From a virus: 39,466 nt of DNA. Shown here in pieces: positions 37,885 through 39,466 of this stretch (positions are counted from its first letter, which is position 1; each line of letters starts with the position of its first letter). The translations under genes and the position numbers were made by a program. Below the pieces are notes generated by a model. That model did not search any database and had not been told where the DNA came from. It saw only the letters and a program-made list of their open reading frames with translations. Where the stretch lies: the IMG/VR virus record IMGVR_UViG_3300042743_000016; one strand, 5' to 3'.

Positions 37885-39113
37885 TACCAGTTACTCACAG
37901 AAGGTTTGCCATTTGCAGGCTTCGGGGCCTGCGACTTCGGCGCCACGCCAGCAGCGTTCGGACCCAGCGCACGCCCAGCGTTCAGGCCGTACTCACCGCC
38001 CAGGCGCTCATATTCCGAGCGTTTGGCATTGAACTGGTTGACGGATTCGCCATAGAGCGAGTCGGCCAGTTGCTGGAATTCCTTGCGCTGAGTCGGTGTC
38101 AACTTCTGGCCTGTCACGATCATGTTGGCGTAGTTGCTGACGCGGTCAAGCAGACCACTTGCAGCCATCGCCATGCCCAACTCGGACTCACGCACAACGG
38201 AGCCCGGGTCAAGCAGCTTCATGATTTTTGTTGCTGCCGCCAGGTCGCCAACGGGCGTGCCAGCCGACAAGGACTGCTTGATCTGGCTATAGGCCGACTG
38301 CATTTCTTGGTGCGCCTTGTAAACCGGCTCACCCTTGAACTCGCCTCGCAACTTGAATTCGTTGTCAAGGCCCTTCTGGCCCATGTTGACGCTGACGCTT
38401 GAGGCCCCCGCCCGCTTCTGCGACAGCACCCACTGCTCATAGGAGCCCTTGTAGCCTTGATCCTTGGCGAACTGGTACTCGCGCACACCTGACGGAGCCT
38501 CGGGGGCCTTGTCGGGGGCTTGAAACACCACTTCGCCCGTGTCCATGTTGCGCACGGTGTCGCCTGGCTTGAAGGTCTGGATGTTGGGGCGCTTCGGTGC
38601 CGACAGAGCCTCAAGGTTCAAGGCTTCTTCGGGGCTGAACTGCGCGCGGATGGCATCGAACCGATTCACCGGCTTCACACCCATGGGCACCTGATCCAGT
38701 CCGGGCAGGTTGTTGGCCTTGCCGGTCTGCAACAGGAAGTCAGGATTGGCGTATGGGTTGCCCGCGCTAATGGCCGCTTGATCCTTCGACGGCTGCATCA
38801 TGGGCTGCGGGGTGAACGCGTTGCCAAGGAACGTGTCGCGGGTCTGCTGACGCTCCAAAGCCAACTGACGCGCCTTAACTTGCGCCTCGTTCTCGGCCAC
38901 TTGGCTGTCAAACAGCTTCTGACGCTGCTGGTTGAACTGCTGCTGTTGCTGCAAGCCCTGCCCTTGCGCAAACCCCTGCACGCCGCCCAGCAAGCCGGAG
39001 CCGAGAGCGTTCATCGTGCCGCCACGGCGTGCACCAGCCAGGCCAGCACCGACAGCCGACAGCAGGCCCATGCCGCCCGGGCTGTTGAGGAAGTCAAGAA
39101 GTCCTTCAGCCAT
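37884..39113 (-). CDS. Internal virion protein (putative)
   Basis: 409 aa from the ATG at 39113, preceded by GGGAGGAA. Gly-rich N-terminus and Q-rich coiled region. Confidence 0.65.
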   Translation of the reverse strand: MAEGLLDFLNSPGGMGLLSAVGAGLAGARRGGTMNALGSGLLGGVQGFAQGQGLQQQQQFNQQRQKLFDSQVAENEAQVKARQLALERQQTRDTFLGNAFTPQPMMQPSKDQAAISAGNPYANPDFLLQTGKANNLPGLDQVPMGVKPVNRFDAIRAQFSPEEALNLEALSAPKRPNIQTFKPGDTVRNMDTGEVVFQAPDKAPEAPSGVREYQFAKDQGYKGSYEQWVLSQKRAGASSVSVNMGQKGLDNEFKLRGEFKGEPVYKAHQEMQSAYSQIKQSLSAGTPVGDLAAATKIMKLLDPGSVVRESELGMAMAASGLLDRVSNYANMIVTGQKLTPTQRKEFQQLADSLYGESVNQFNAKRSEYERLGGEYGLNAGRALGPNAAGVAPKSQAPKPANGKPSVSNW

Positions 39114-39466
39114 AGTTCCTCCCGTAGCCACCAAGCAGACCTTGGACGGCCATTTGTTGCGCCCGCAGGCGCTTTTCTGTGTCCGCTTGCTGAACAGGCG
39201 TCATTGCAGACGTGAACGCTTGCGAGTTGGCTTGTTGCTGCTGCATTTGCGGCTGCTCGACCTTCTCGGGTTGCCCGCCAAGCAAGCCTGTTTGTTGCCC
39301 GATGTTTGCCAACTTGCTTGCGTCGCCCATGTAGCTGGAAAAAGAACCACCACCCGCAGCGCCGCCACCGAACGAAGGTGCAACGCCCTGCATCGTCTGA
39401 GGGGTAGCGGCCACACTGGCGTCAGCAATGGGTGCCGCCGCTTGTGTGCCGGAAAAGTTCAAGAGC
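39106..39466 (-). CDS. 3' part of the junction-spanning Gly-rich virion protein (see 1..423)
   Basis: The track start at 39462 is a TTG that is simply an internal Leu of the gene starting at 423. Confidence 0.75.
   Translation of the reverse strand, partial: LLNFSGTQAAAPIADASVAATPQTMQGVAPSFGGGAAGGGSFSSYMGDASKLANIGQQTGLLGGQPEKVEQPQMQQQQANSQAFTSAMTPVQQADTEKRLRAQQMAVQGLLGGYGRNYG
39340..39466. repeat. Terminal direct repeat, copy 2
   Basis: Identical to bases 1-127. Confidence 0.9.

Larger units (their letters stand above)
1..39466. mobile_element. Complete circular temperate phage genome (39,339-bp unit plus 127-bp overlap); podovirus-like virion module with lambdoid-style regulation
   Basis: Ends are identical (1-127 = 39340-39466). 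Integrase/excisionase, cI/cro, replication, Q-like regulator, terminase-portal-capsid-tail and lysis modules are all present. No tape-measure or tail-tube genes recognised. Confidence 0.85.

Overview
The window is a complete, circularly closed temperate phage genome. Bases 1-127 are identical to 39340-39466, so the unit length is 39,339 bp, and one virion gene reads in frame across the junction. The genome is GC-rich, so nearly every real gene carries a long spurious antisense ORF in the track. Genes are tightly packed, with many ATGA, TGATG or GTGA stop/start overlaps.

Layout:
- **Immunity switch (~18.5-20.5 kb).** cro faces left and cI faces right. Two near-identical promoters (TTGACA-N17-TAATAT) each overlap a TTAGG-N5-CCTAA operator.
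- **Leftward (minus-strand) arm.** cro, a CII-like gene, lambda O/P-like replication genes, then a nin-like block (small C5-methyltransferase-like protein, NinB, ParB-like, DUF968-like and RusA-like). A Q-like regulator follows, with a PR'/tR'-type promoter-terminator pair. Next come TerS, TerL, portal, scaffold, major capsid, adaptor/nozzle and internal virion proteins, a tail fibre and an SGNH-esterase tailspike. No tape-measure gene was seen, so the virion looks podovirus-like. The arm ends with holin, a second membrane protein, endolysin and Rz with embedded Rz1.
- **Rightward (plus-strand) arm (20.5-28.3 kb).** Many small unknown genes, Erf and an AlpA-type excisionase. It converges on a P4-type tyrosine integrase next to a putative attP.

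Most interesting observations:
- cI is co-transcribed with a 2-TM protein and an antitoxin-less MazF/PemK-like protein.
- The CI C-terminal domain seems to lack the Ser/Lys autocleavage dyad. Elsewhere, a 53-aa RHH gene sits back-to-back with an operon, an arrangement like P22 immI.
- A candidate CII-dependent establishment promoter (TTGAG-N5-TTGAG) drives small ORFs antisense to the early operon.
- A promoter-equipped three-gene moron lies beside attP.
- An unlisted 34-aa hydrophobic ORF with its own promoter lies antisense within the late operon.
- A GNAT gene is embedded in the virion module.
- At least seven intrinsic terminators lie inside or at the end of the Q-controlled late operon.

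I recognised no tRNA, rRNA, CRISPR array, reverse transcriptase or transposase. All homology calls come from motif recognition by eye and need database confirmation.
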